64,000 nt of DNA from Eledone cirrhosa (lineage: Eukaryota): contig OZ024757.1 in the NCBI GenBank assembly GCA_964016885.1, positions 5,890,001 to 5,954,000 of the forward strand, in the 5' to 3' direction. Positions within the stretch are counted from its first letter, which is position 1. Every line of letters starts with the position of its first letter. The translations under genes were made by a program, and so were the position numbers. The notes under the pieces are model-generated. The model did not search any database. It was not told where the DNA came from and saw nothing but the letters and a program-made list of their open reading frames with translations. Of the stretch, positions 12,030 through 24,188 are shown piece after piece.

Positions 12030-12275
12030 TTTATTTTATCGACCCACCCCATAATAATGGTTTCTCATTTAGACACAAGATCAACAATTTTGGAGGAGGG
12101 AGAAAATCGATTAAATCGACCGACCCCAGTGCGTTACTGGTACTTTATTTTATTGAGCCTATAATAATGGTTTCAGAATCAGGCACAAGGCCAACAATTT
12201 TAGGGAGGGAAAGAAAAGGCCAAATAAATCGACCCCAGTCCGGTACTTTATTTTATCGACCCTGTAAGGATGGTG
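12030..12275 (-). mobile_element. Degenerate, tandemly repeated SINE fragments with a Nin/Deu-like motif
   Basis: Repeated ggtactttattttatcgaccc (reverse complement GGTCGATAAAATAAAGTACC). Confidence 0.5.
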
Positions 12276-12421
12276 TTGTAGTAATAATAATAATAATTAT
12301 TATCATTATTATTATCTATAAATAAAGAAAGAATTATCTATTTCCCTGTTTCAGTTTAATCTTAGTCCAAAGTCAAATATGAAACAATAGACTGTCAAAA
12401 AACAAAATGCCTTTTCCTTAC

Positions 12422-12595
12422 GAAATCTCTTAGCCATTCAAATATATCGTTAGCCTTTTTTAAAAAGAGAAATCAGACAGTATATGCCTATTTATGACAT
12501 TTGAATTAAAGAGTTATGGCCGCGCTTAATTTTGAACATGAGAACAGCCAATCAGAAATCGAGAACAGCCAATCAGAATTTCAACCAATCAAATT
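12422..12595 (-). promoter_or_regulatory. Candidate KIF20 promoter and non-coding first exon
   Basis: Three CCAATC boxes (12548, 12569, 12585), three TTTGAA motifs (12437 minus; 12500 and 12531 plus), local CpGs, and a minus-strand donor GTAAGG at 12421. Confidence 0.55.
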
Positions 12596-12650
12596 GTTCT
12601 GATTATACGGTCCGTTGAGTAAACCAAAGTCGAGTGAAATTTTTAAAATG

Positions 12651-12742
12651 TGGCACTATAGAGAAGAGTGTAAGATTCGAACCATGTATCGGATAGCCCT
12701 AAGGTTAGTAAGCGGAGCTGCTACTAACTGAGCTACGGCGTT
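12651..12742 (-). other. tRNA-like Pol III promoter element (tRNA pseudogene or SINE head)
   Basis: Minus strand reads GCCGTAGCTCAGTTAGTAG (A box) ... GGTTCGAATC (B box) ... TTTT; no convincing cloverleaf. Confidence 0.45.
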
Positions 12743-13898
12743 GAAAGGAAAATCGCGCTTAAAATAAGCTTTATTAAATTACATTTAATTCCATTAAATA
12801 TTTATTCTTGGTCATATTAAATTACTGTATCTTTATTCATGGCATTGTTAAAACTTTTATTTCTACATCTTTCATTTATACCCACTGTTACACCGGTCGT
12901 ATAATTAGTTTTATAACACCGCTATATTACCTACATGAAAGAGGTAAATATTTATTTCTCTTGTCTTATTAAATGTATAGAACATGTTTCTTATATATAT
13001 TCTTAATGTAGCTACGACCGTATAATGGCCCGTGGATCATAAACTTTTAAACCTGCTCATGTAGTACTGGATCATCTTCCAATGCAGGTATTTCTGTTGA
13101 CACGATTCTGTCAATGTCTTCTGTTTCTTATCTTGTCTTCATTTCTTAAGGCTCAGTGTTATCATCTGTTTAGATAATTTATTAAACCATTATACTCATC
13201 CACTCACAATTGGGCTTGATTGTTCCTCAAATATTGAAGCCTGCATCCCTCTACTTTCATATAGGCTTCCACTAAATACTGCTAAAATAATTTACCTGCC
13301 CTATATATCGCACTAAATCCTCCTCTATATGCTATACAGTATATGTAATACTCCTGCATTGTCAGTCTATTGCAAACACAGGTCCTGCATTCCTCTCCAT
13401 GTCACTATGCCACCAAAATTAACCATTATGGGTCGGTCGTGAGGTCCAAGTGGCATGAATTTTGTGGCATTTTCTGAGGAGGATGGTCTTTAGGAAAGAT
13501 GATAATATCTCTTTGTACAGGTGGTGTGCCCTCAATCCCCCACAAAACAACAGCTATCATTACTAGTTGGTAAATTATAGCAGCTCATGGACGAGAATGC
13601 AAGGGCTCCTCCTCTTTGTTTCGGCAGCGGATGGCTAACATAACTCTTTAGAAGCTAATTCTTTTAGGCTGAAATAAGGGTGACAAAGGCAGAAGGGGTT
13701 CCATCAACAGATTCAAGTGTTGGGTGCTTCCCCTTATTGTGAAGTTTCTCTTAATATATATTCCAGGTGTTGACAAACACATTCACACACTCGCCCACTT
13801 ACACACACATACACGCACGCACACACACAACAAACATACATAATGGTACATACACATATACAAATATATACACATATATATGCATATACATACACATA

Positions 13899-16637
13899 TC
13901 ATCATCATCATCGTCGTTTAACGTCCATCTTCCATGTCTGCATGGGTTTGGACGGGAGCTTTCCCACTTGTTTTTACCGTGTTGCCTACACGGCCACATT
14001 ACAGCGTGGACTGTGTGTTTTTTTGTCGTGACACCTACACGATCTCATTTGTTTCGGCCTGGATGTTGTGGCACCAACATAACTTTACATTGAAAGAGGC
14101 GGTGCGGATGGGGTGGGGGTGTTTTGTTAGAGATGCCTACTGACTGTAGTAGGTTTTACTTTGTATTCAGGTAAGGCGGGTCTTCTCTATTACTGAGTAC
14201 CGCCAAAGATCTCGGTCCAGTGACATTGTCTTGGAGAGGTGTAAGTGTGTGATGTCGGAGTTTATCAGCTCGTCCCAGGTTTTTCTAGGTCTGCCTATTC
14301 CGTGACTACCGTCTATCTTTATTGCCCTGCACTTTGTTATGCAGCTATCGACTTTCATGCGCATCACGTGTCCATACCAACGTAGCCTTCTCTCGAGTAA
14401 ACAACATCTGATCCCTCTTATCTCTAATTTTTTCCTTAGTTCGTTTATGCTTTGCCGTTCAGGTATATTACTGTTACACATCCAGCGGAGCATGCAAGCT
14501 TCGTTCCTCTCTAGTCTGCGTATATCCTCTGCACACAATGCCCAGGTCTCACTGCCATGCAACATTGCTGTTCGTATGCAGGCATCGTACAACCTGCCTT
14601 TCATTTTTAGGGAGAACCCTTTAGCAGCTAATAGTGGTATAAGCTCTCTGAACTTTTTCCAACCAGTTCTGACTCTAGCTACAGTACTTTCAGAGCACCC
14701 TCCCCCACTGCTGATTTTATCGCCCAGGTAACGGAAGCTGTCCACTATTTCTATAGAACCCTCTGCGCAATTGAAAGAGCTAGTATTTTGTGGGCACTTG
14801 CTGCTACTTATTGCACCAGAACACCGGCCACATGTAAAATCTATGTTCTTAGTTAGCTTACTTGTGATCCCACTACATCTTTTATGCACCCATACTTTGC
14901 ATTTAGGACATAAAATGGAGTTTCTACCTACGCCTTTCCTACACACCGAGCACGACCATTTCCTAGAAGGGACTGCCGCCTTGTTTTCTTTCCTACAAAC
15001 TAGAACTTTGGTCTTAGCCAGGTTAATTTTAAGTCCTTTTGACTCTAGGCCGTGCTTCCATGTTTGGAATTTCTTCTCTAGCTCGGCCATTGATTCCGCT
15101 ATGAGTGTCAGGTCGTCTGCGTATAGGAGTTCCCATGGGCAGCCTGTCTTGAACTCCTCTGTTATAGCCTGTAGGGCAATAATAAATAGTAGGGGGCTGA
15201 GAACAGAGCCTTGATGGACGCCAACTTTTACGCTAAACTCTTCACTATATTCGTTGTTAATTCTAACCTTGCTGACTGTTTCTTTATACATGGCTTGTAT
15301 AGCCCTCACAAGCCATTCGTCAACGCCTAGTTTTCTAAGAGCCCACCAGATAATGGAGCGGGGGACTCTGTCGAAGGCTTTCTCCAAGTCGACAAAAGCT
15401 AAGTAGAGGGGTTTACCTTTAGCTCCTGTAGTTGTCGTACTATGAAAAGAGCGTCTGTGGTACTTTTGCCTGACACAAACCCGAACTGCATTTCATCTAG
15501 GTCAATTCTCTCTCTGATTAGTTGCGCTATTACTTCTTCCGTGACCTTCATGACCTGGTCGATTAATTTAATGCCTCTATAGTTACTCCTATCTAGGGCG
15601 TTTCCTTTACCCTTATAACAGTTAACGATGATGCTGCTATGCCAGTCCTTCGGAACAACCCCATTCTGTACGACTTGGTTAACTATGCGAGTGACCATGG
15701 TGTGTCCCACCGTGCCAGATGCCTTCAGCATCTCAGCAACTATTTCCGAAGGCCCAGCCGCCTTACCCGTCTTCATATCCTTGATTGCCTTACTTATTAT
15801 ACTCCCCTCGACTAACACTGCTGGTCCCTCTATTGGGTCGATATGGGGGAGACTGTCTTTCTCCCATTTATTCTCCTCATTTAGTAGCCTTTCATAGTGA
15901 CACTTCCAAGCTACCTTCTTATCAGTGTCGGTGATGGCAAGTATGCCATCATCGTTAAGTACACACTTCTCCCCGACAATATCACGGTTTTCCTTGACGC
16001 ATTGCCTAGCAATCCTGAACACCTCACGTTTTTGGTCATCGCGTTGTAGAACATGCTTGAACTTTCTTTCCTCAGCTTCCCTTCTTGCTAAGTACACTTC
16101 TCTCCTAGCTTGCCTCCTGGCCACTTGATAGTCTACTCTACTTCCCCCATCCCGCCATACTTTCCAAGCCTGCTTTTTGGCCTTAATTGACCCCTCCACC
16201 TTACTGTTCCGCCACCATGTTACTCTCCTCCTGCCTACAGGCCTGCTCCAGCCACAGACTTCGTCTGTTGCCAACAGCAGGTTTGCTTTCAGAAATTCCC
16301 ACTGTCCCTCTATATTGTCCGACTCTAAATGTTCTTCCTTACTGTCAAAAGCATCAAGTAATATGCTTTGAAATTTATTTCTGGCTGTGGGGTCCTTTAG
16401 CTTCCATATTTTTCTCCTGAGGATAGTCCTCTTCTGCTGTCGAGTACGTCTCGTCCTGACTATGAGGTCGCTAATTATCAGTCTATGTTGGGAGGTGCAT
16501 TCTTCATGGGGGAGGGATTTAGTGTTTACAACAGACACTCTGTCACGTCTTCTGGTAAGGATATAATCTACCTGGCTTGTGTGTTCCCCGGATCTATAGG
16601 TGATCAGGTGATTGTCACGTTTTTTGAAGTTAGTGTT
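13899..16637 (-). mobile_element. RTE-clade LINE (family A), 5'-truncated: APE C-terminus + RT, one frameshift near 15420
   Basis: ORFs 15399-16538 and 14167-15387 with YRGIKL, KAFDRV, GVHQGSVLSPLLF, LLYADD; 3' UTR ends in ggacgttaaac(gat)n. Confidence 0.95.
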
Positions 16638-16795
16638 AATATATATATATATATTTAAAGGTTAAACAAGGTTCAATGAATAAATCAAAGAATGAGTTTT
16701 ACAATAGATGGGAAGCACTCAACAGCTATGGTTTTCCAGAGTTATTAATATTAATTCAAAACATTTAACAAAAATAGACATTCGTGTGATCAAGT

Positions 16796-16863
16796 ATATT
16801 TTATTATACATATTTCAGAGGTACTGAGCTATCTTCAACAGTACGTCCTCATCAGATAAAATA
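16796..16863 (-). ncRNA. Minimal type I hammerhead ribozyme motif (left arm of the inverted repeat)
   Basis: Reverse complement of the motif at 16943-17009: TCATCAG at 16849-16855, TTTC at 16813-16816. Confidence 0.72.
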
Positions 16864-16942
16864 AGATGATGCATGACATACCCTGACATACCATGACTGA
16901 ATCTTAACCATCTACTATATCAGGGTATGCCATGCTACATCT

Positions 16943-17009
16943 TATTTTATCTGATGAGGACGTACTGTTGAAGATAGCTCAGTACCTTTGAAATATGTAT
17001 AATAAAATA
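16943..17009 (+). ncRNA. Minimal type I hammerhead ribozyme motif (right arm of the inverted repeat)
   Basis: Stem I TATTTTAT/ATAAAATA, core CTGATGA (16951), stem II GTACTG/CAGTAC, GAAA (16990), short stem III ATATGTAT, predicted AUA cleavage after 17001. Confidence 0.72.
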
Positions 17010-17050
17010 TACTTGATCACACGAATGTCTATTTTTGTTAATATTTTGAA

Positions 17051-17091
<41 letters not shown>

Positions 17092-17104
17092 TCATGTCCT
17101 ACAC

Positions 17105-17156
<52 letters not shown>

Positions 17157-17169
17157 TCATGTCCTACAC

Positions 17170-17200
<31 letters not shown>

Positions 17201-17229
17201 CTCATGTCCTACACAATTATATATATACA

Positions 17230-17392
17230 CTAGAAGAGGAAGACCAATGTTAACATATGTTGATGCCCTAAGGACAGACACTGGTCTATTGGAGATGCAG
17301 GATATGGCAGCGATAATGAGGGACAGAGACCGCTGGAGAGAACTCGTCCATGGATCTCGGGAATTTTACCCGCCTTAGATAGATTAGATAGA
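17230..17392 (+). mobile_element. Short 3' end of another LINE family
   Basis: [18 protein letters not shown]...MRDRDRWRELV followed by a (tagat)n tail. Confidence 0.75.
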
Positions 17393-17678
17393 TATATATA
17401 GTAAAGCACTTTACGATTAGGATTTTCTCAGTAAGGTATCAATCGAAGTGTCAGTGTAATAAATAAGAGACAGTTTGATTCGTACATCTTCATTTTATTA
17501 CATAATTCCATTAACCATATACATACATGCATACATAAATATATATGTGTGTGTGAGAGAGAGAGAAAGAGAGAGGAGTGTGTGTGTTCTTCATTCTGTA
17601 CTTTGCAGGGCTTTGGCTGCTATTTCTACCATGCATATACCTGTCCTTCATTCTTCTCTCGTTCTCTGGGACTCTAGC

Positions 17679-17728
<50 letters not shown>

Positions 17729-17906
17729 TGTGGCACTTGTATTTACAATTATATAAATAAGTATCTAATTATTTAAAGATAGAAAAACGTTTGTGGCGTT
17801 ACTACACCTTTAAGTTTAATTTTCAATTGGATAACATTACAAATATGTTTTATATATATGTATATATATATATATATAAAACATATATATAAAATCAGGA
17901 TGTTGT

Positions 17907-19755
17907 TGGAGATAAATGTGTCCGGGATGATGCCGGTGTACTTAGTGTCACGAATGACCAGAAAAAGGAGGCCTGGAAATGTCATTATGAGAGACTGATG
18001 AATGTGGAGAACGAATGGGAGAGAGAGAAATTACCCTTGGTAGATCCGACAGAGGGACCAGCTATTGAGATTGACGAATATAGGGTCCAAGAGGCGATTA
18101 GGGAAATGAAAAATGGTAAGGCGGCCGGACCATCGGGAATAGTTGCTGATATGCTGAAAGCATCAGGGGACGTAGGCACTAAACTGGTTGCACGCATCAT
18201 CAATCAGGCTATATATGGTGGTGTCATACCCAAAGACTGGTGCAGCAGTATTCTCATAAATTGCTACAAAGGAGAGGAGCAATTATAGGGGTATAAAACT
18301 GATAGATCAGGTTATGAAAGTGGCAGAAAGGATTTTGGCACAACTAATGAGAGAAAGGGTCAAACTAGATGAGATGCAGTTTGGTTTTGTGCCTGGGAAG
18401 AGTACAACAGATGCCCTCTTCTTGGTGAGACAAATGCAAGAGAGGTTCTTAGAGAAGAATAAGCCACTATACTTAGCCTTTGTTGACCTAGAGAAGGCCT
18501 TTGATAGGGTACCCCGATCTGTCATCTGGTGGTCCCTAAGGAAGCTAGGTGTTGAGGAATGGCTTGTGAGGACAGTGCAAACTTTGTACAGAGGTACTCT
18601 CAGTAAAGTCAGGGTAGGAATGGAGTTTAGTGAGGAATTCCAGATACAAGTAGGAGTACATCAGGGTTCGGTCCTCAGCCCGCTCTTGTTTATTATAGTC
18701 CTCCAAGCCATAACAGAGGAGTTTAAGACTGGCTGTCCATGGGAACTTCTCTATGCTGACGATCTGGCTCTTATAGCAGAATCAGTAGAGGAGCTAGAGA
18801 ATAAATTCCGGCTATGGAAACAACAGTTGGAAGCAAGAGGACTGAAAGTAAATCGAGCTAAGACAAAAGTGTTGATGAGTAGAAAAGAGGACAAAACCCT
18901 GATTCCATAAGGGAAATGGCCATGTTCGATGTGCAGAAAAGGAACTGGCATAAATTCTATAAAATGCACACAATGCAGGTCCTGGGTACACAAGAGATGT
19001 AGCGGGATAGCAGGCAAACTAACAGGTAGGGAGAAATATGTATGCAGTAGATGTACAGGGAAATTAGACAGTAGAAGTCGCACAGATAGATACATTTTTC
19101 AAATGCGAGAGGGCGCTATAGAAGTGGTGGATAGCTTCCGGTACCTAGGAGATCAGATTAGCATGGGAGGAGGGTGTTCCGAGGCCATAGTATCTAGAAT
19201 AAGGACGGGTTGGAAGAAGTTTAGGGAGCTGCTTCCTCTGTTGACGAAGAAGGATTTCTCCCTGCATACGAAAGGCCGGTTGTATGATGCCTGTGTGAGG
19301 AGCGCGATGCTGCATGGTAGTGAGACATGGGCAGCAACCGCAGAGGATATGCGACGGCTGGAGAGAAATGAGGCAAGCATGCTCCGTTGGATGTGCAGTG
19401 TAAATGTGCGTGAACGACCCAGCATAAATGTGTTGAGACAGAAACTGTGTCTGAGAGGGATAGAATGTAGTGTACGGGAGAGGAGACTGAGGTGGTATGG
19501 ACATGCGATGCGCATGGAGGATGACCGATGGGTGAAGAAGTGCCAGGAAATGCCAGTTGAAGGAAGACGTGGTAGAGGTAGACCACGAAAAACATGGGCG
19601 GAGGTGGTGAGAACAGATCTCAGATCATTGAAGCTCACGGTGGAGATGACGAGGGACCGTGACGAGTGGAGAGATGCTGTGCTGAATAAGACCCGTCCCA
19701 CCCTTGCAAGCAGGAAAAAGCGGACGTAAAATGATGATGATGATGATGATGATGA
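17907..19755 (+). mobile_element. RTE-clade LINE (family B), 5'-truncated, RT broken by a deletion and a stop
   Basis: ORFs 17998-18288, 18314-18910 and 18929-19729 with RT motifs; ends gcggacgtaaaat(gat)n. Confidence 0.95.
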
Positions 19756-19833
19756 TTATATATATATATATATATAAATAACATTACATATATGTTTTAT
19801 ATATATATAAATAACATTACAGATATGTTTTAT

Positions 19834-21330
19834 ATCATCATCATCATCGTTTAACGTCCATCTTCCACGCTTGCATGGGTTTGGATGGGAGGTTTCCCAC
19901 TTGAGGCAAGATGTGTTGTCCTGCTCGTATAGGACTGTCTAGCGGGTTTTCTACTGCTGGATGCCCTTCCTAACACCAACCACGTTTACAGTGTGGACTG
20001 GGAGGTTTTTACCGTGTTACCTACATGGCCACATTACAGCGTGGACTGTGTGTTTTTTTGTCGTGACACCTACACGACCTTATTTGTTTCGGACTGGATG
20101 TTGTGGTACCAACATAACTTCACATTTAAGGGGGTGGTGTGGATGGGGTGGGGGTAGTGGGACGGGGGTGTATTTTGTCAGAGGTGCCTACTGACTGTAG
20201 GTTTCGCTTTGTACTGAGGCAAGGCGGGTCTTTTGTATTACTGTGTAGCGCCAAAGATATCGGTCCAGTGACATTGTCTTAGAGAGGTGTAAGTGTGTGA
20301 GGTCGGAATTTATCAAGTCGTCCCAGGTTTTTCTGGTCTGCCTACTCCGTGGCTACCGTCTATTTTTATCGCCCTGCACTTTTTTATACAGCTGTCGTCT
20401 TTCATGCTCATCACGTGAACATACCAACGTAGTCTTCTCTCGAGTAAACAACATCTGATCCCTCTTATTCCTAATTTCTCCCTTAGTTCGTTTATGCTTT
20501 GCCGTTCACATATATTACTATTACTCATCCAGCGCAGCATGCAAGCTTCGTTTCTGTCCAGTCTGCGTATATCCTCTGCACACAATGCCCAGGTCTCACT
20601 GCCATTTAACATTGCTGTTCGTATGCAGGCATCATACAGCCTGCCTTTCATTTTTAGAGAGAACCCTTTAGCGGCCAATAGTGGTATAAGCTCTCTGAGC
20701 TTTTTCCATCCCGTTCTGACTCTGGCTACTGTACTTTCAGAACACCCTCCACCACTGCTGATTTTGTCACCCAGGTAACGGAAAGTGTCTACTATTTCTA
20801 TGGAACCATCTGGGCAATAGAAGGGGCTAGTATCCTGTGGACACTTGCTACCTGTTACCTGAGCATCGGCCACATATAAAGTCTACATTCTTAGATAGTT
20901 TACCTGTGATCCTACTACATCTTTATGTACCCATACTTTGCATTTGGGACATAAATTGAATTTCTGCCCTCTACTTTCCTACACAATGAGCAAGGCCATT
21001 TCCCTTAGGGTACCTGTGCCTTATTTTCCTTTCTACAAACTAGGACTTTAGTCTTAGACAAGTTAACTTTAAGGCCTTTTGATTCTAGACCATGCTTCCA
21101 TGTTAGGAATTTCTTCTCTAGTTCAGCCATTGATTCAGCTATGAGTGTTAGATCATCTGCGTATAAGAGTTCCCATGGGCAGCCCGTCTTGAACTCCTCT
21201 GTTATAGCCTGAAGGGCAATGATAAATAGGAGGGGGCTAAGGACAGAGCCTTGGTGAACACCAACTTTTACACTAAATTCTTCACAATATTAATTGTTAA
21301 TTCTAACCTTACTGACTGTTTCATTATACA
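19834..21330 (-). mobile_element. RTE-clade LINE (family A), 3' portion
   Basis: Highly similar to 13899-15290; ORF 20313-20873. Confidence 0.93.
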
Positions 21331-21334
21331 TAGA

Positions 21335-21670
21335 TTAGTGGTTAGAACATTGGCCTTGTAATCGAAAGGTTGTGAGTTCAATTCTCAAACCAGGTGATGT
21401 GTTGTTTCCTTGGGCAAGACACTTTATTTCACATTGCTCCAGTTTACTCAGCTGTAAAAATGAGATGATAGGAACAGGGGTCCCTATCATTCCACTGTAA
21501 AGTGGTCGTGGAGGTGCCACGGCAAAAAAGCACCCAGCACTCACTGTAAATGAGGTTGGTGTTAGGAAGGGCATCCAGCTGCAGAAATCAAGCCAGAATT
21601 AGTTCCCCTCTCACCCTTGCAAGCAGAGAAAAAGCGGACGTAAAACGATGACGATGATGATGATGATGAT
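21335..21670 (+). mobile_element. tRNA-headed SINE
   Basis: ttagtggttagaacattggcc...gagttcaattc...(gat)n tail. Confidence 0.9.
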
Positions 21671-22406
21671 ATATATATATATATATATATACACTCATAT
21701 GTATGTTTAAATATATATACTCATATGTATGTTTATATATATATATATACACTCATATGTATGTTTATATATATATATATATAAAGATATATATACTCTT
21801 ACATGCATACATCTGAAAATGTATATATGCATGTAAACACATACCTAAACATACATGTACAGTTATACATATACAATAATTTATTTCTATACATACATAT
21901 ACCACAAGTAAGGCATGGTGTTGCCAACTAACCAGACCTCCCTCATAATGGACCAGCTAGATCCCAAATTACAGGCCTGCTAGCCAACACACAGTCCCAA
22001 TAAGTGTAAGTTACAGCACAGCTATCTGGACAGACTCGTCTTAAGACTACTCATTATCCCACTACATCTTTTGTGTACTATATATATACTATATATATAC
22101 TGTTTATATATTTATATACACACATAATTGTGTATTCAAACATTATCTTATTAATGAAATAATTAATAATTTTAGTAAATTGTTCAAAATTCTTCATTAA
22201 TCCTTTTGGTAGAAACCCAGCCAAAACTGGTTCTCGTTCTATGGAAATGGTTCCTATCTAAATTAAAGTCTTGCCACGAAATTCTATATAACAACCATAT
22301 GTTAAGTTACTATGTTAGTAATTAACTAACAATTGTGAGAGATAGCTCAAAATTATTCATAATTAATTGAAATACGAGGTTCATAATTATAATAAAATCT
22401 TCGAAT

Positions 22407-23085
22407 AGGCTACGAAGCCGGTAAACCGTAAAGGTACGCAACACACACATCGCTATAGCGTTTCACCAGCCCCTTCCTTTCTCAATCATTACATAGATGT
22501 GTGTGTATGTAATAATTATTTTGTATTGTGTGTCTATTTATGAATATGTATAAGTAGATGTGTAACCCATTAGATGTGTGTGTATGTAACTCAGTAGATG
22601 TGTGTGTATGTAACTCAGTAGATGTGTGTGTATGTAACTTAGTAGATGTGCGTGTATGTAACTTAGTAGATGTGCGTGTATGTAACTTAGTAGATGTGCG
22701 TGTATGTAACACAGTAGATGTGTGTGTATGTAACACAGTAGATGTGTGTATGTAACATAGGAGATGTGTATATAACTCAGTAGATGTGTATATAACTCAG
22801 TAGATGTGTGTGTATGTAACTCAGTAGATATGTGTGTGTAACACAGAAGTGTGTGTTTATATATAACACAGCAGTTGTGTGTGTATGTAACACAGTAGAT
22901 GTCTATGTATATAACACAGTAGATGTGTATGTAACTAAAGTGTAACGTACGTTACAAATGGACGACTAAATGATTTTAACTTGTTTTTTAACAATTGATG
23001 GTGGAAAATATTTTAAATTGTCTTAACTCAAACAATAAAGGGCTGCAACACGTGGTGTCTGACACTCTTACCGGCTACATAGTCT
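22407..23085. mobile_element. MITE-like element copy 2 with an internal 22-24-bp minisatellite (22555-22935)
   Basis: Imperfect 18-bp TIR aggctacgaagccggtaa / ttaccggctacatagtct; internal (tgtaactcagtagatgtgtgtgta)n. Confidence 0.72.
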
Positions 23086-23449
23086 GGGAGTCTATTTTAC
23101 CGGGACCAGCTACATAGCTTCTTCCTAACATCTTCCAACATAATTTTATACAAGAACCACATGTTAAGTTAATAATAAAATAATTAATAATTAAAAACTT
23201 TAGTAAATCCTTCCAATGATATCTCAGTAATGAAATAATTAATAATTGTTATAAATACCTCAAAATTCCTCATTAATTAAACCCAAGACAGGTAAAAACT
23301 CCAGAGTCTTTCAGTCGGACATGAAAGAAATTAATTTCTAATGGAAGAAGAAAAGATGTTAAAGTCAGCCAAGGGAGATCACTCTCAGCGACTTATTGTA
23401 ATTCTTGTTCGTGAATTAATCCGGATTAAATTATTTTGTGACGCAGAAA

Positions 23450-23790
23450 CCGGGTTTACGCGGTGATAGCGCGTAATTCACGAACGTATGGTTCTTGAGT
23501 TCGAATTGCAGACCGGGCGGTCTGTACGTTGGGGCCTTGAACAAGACACTTTATTTCTCATTGTTTCATTTCACTCAGCTTGCAAAAATAATAAGTTGTA
23601 CCAGTAATTATAGGGCAACGCTGTTACATAGAATTGTCACACTGAATCTCCCTGAGGACAATGTCAACAGTACACGGGTCAATTAAATACCCAGACACAT
23701 TATAATATAAGATGGGTTCTATATGTATTTAAAAAGGAGGCCATGTCACACGTTTTGTCTCGCTGAATCTCCCTGAGAACTATGTATATA
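23450..23790 (+). mobile_element. Diverged tRNA-headed SINE of a related family
   Basis: gagttcgaat B box, then ccttgaacaagacactttatttc core; different tail. Confidence 0.6.
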
Positions 23791-23797
23791 CTTATGA

Positions 23798-24188
23798 CTA
23801 TCAGACATAGTGTATCAAGGACTACATTATCTAATGTACAGTATAGTAGTTAGTATTAGTGGCTATCAGACATAGTATATCTAGGACTACATTATCTAAT
23901 GTACAGTACAGTAGTTAGTATTAGTGGCTATCAGACATAGTGTATCTAGGACTACATTATCTAATGTACAGTACAGTAGTTAGTATTAGTGGCTATCAGA
24001 CATAGTATATCTAGGACTACATTATCTAATGTACAGTATAGTACAGTATTTAGTATTAGTGACCATCAGACATAGTGTATCCAGGACTACAGTATGTAAT
24101 GTACAGTAGTTAGTATTAGTGTCTATCAGACATAGCGTATCTACGACTACATTATCTAATGTACATTATAGTATTTACTATTAGTGAT
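23798..24188. repeat. Tandem repeat, ~65-bp unit x6
   Basis: ctatcagacatagtgtatctaggactacattatctaatgtacagtacagtagttagtattagtgg. Confidence 0.93.

Noticed and set aside
14339-15214. Antisense ORFs overlapping RT regions (also 19153-19701, 54480-55622 and others)
   Set aside because: Shadow frames opposite LINE coding sequence.
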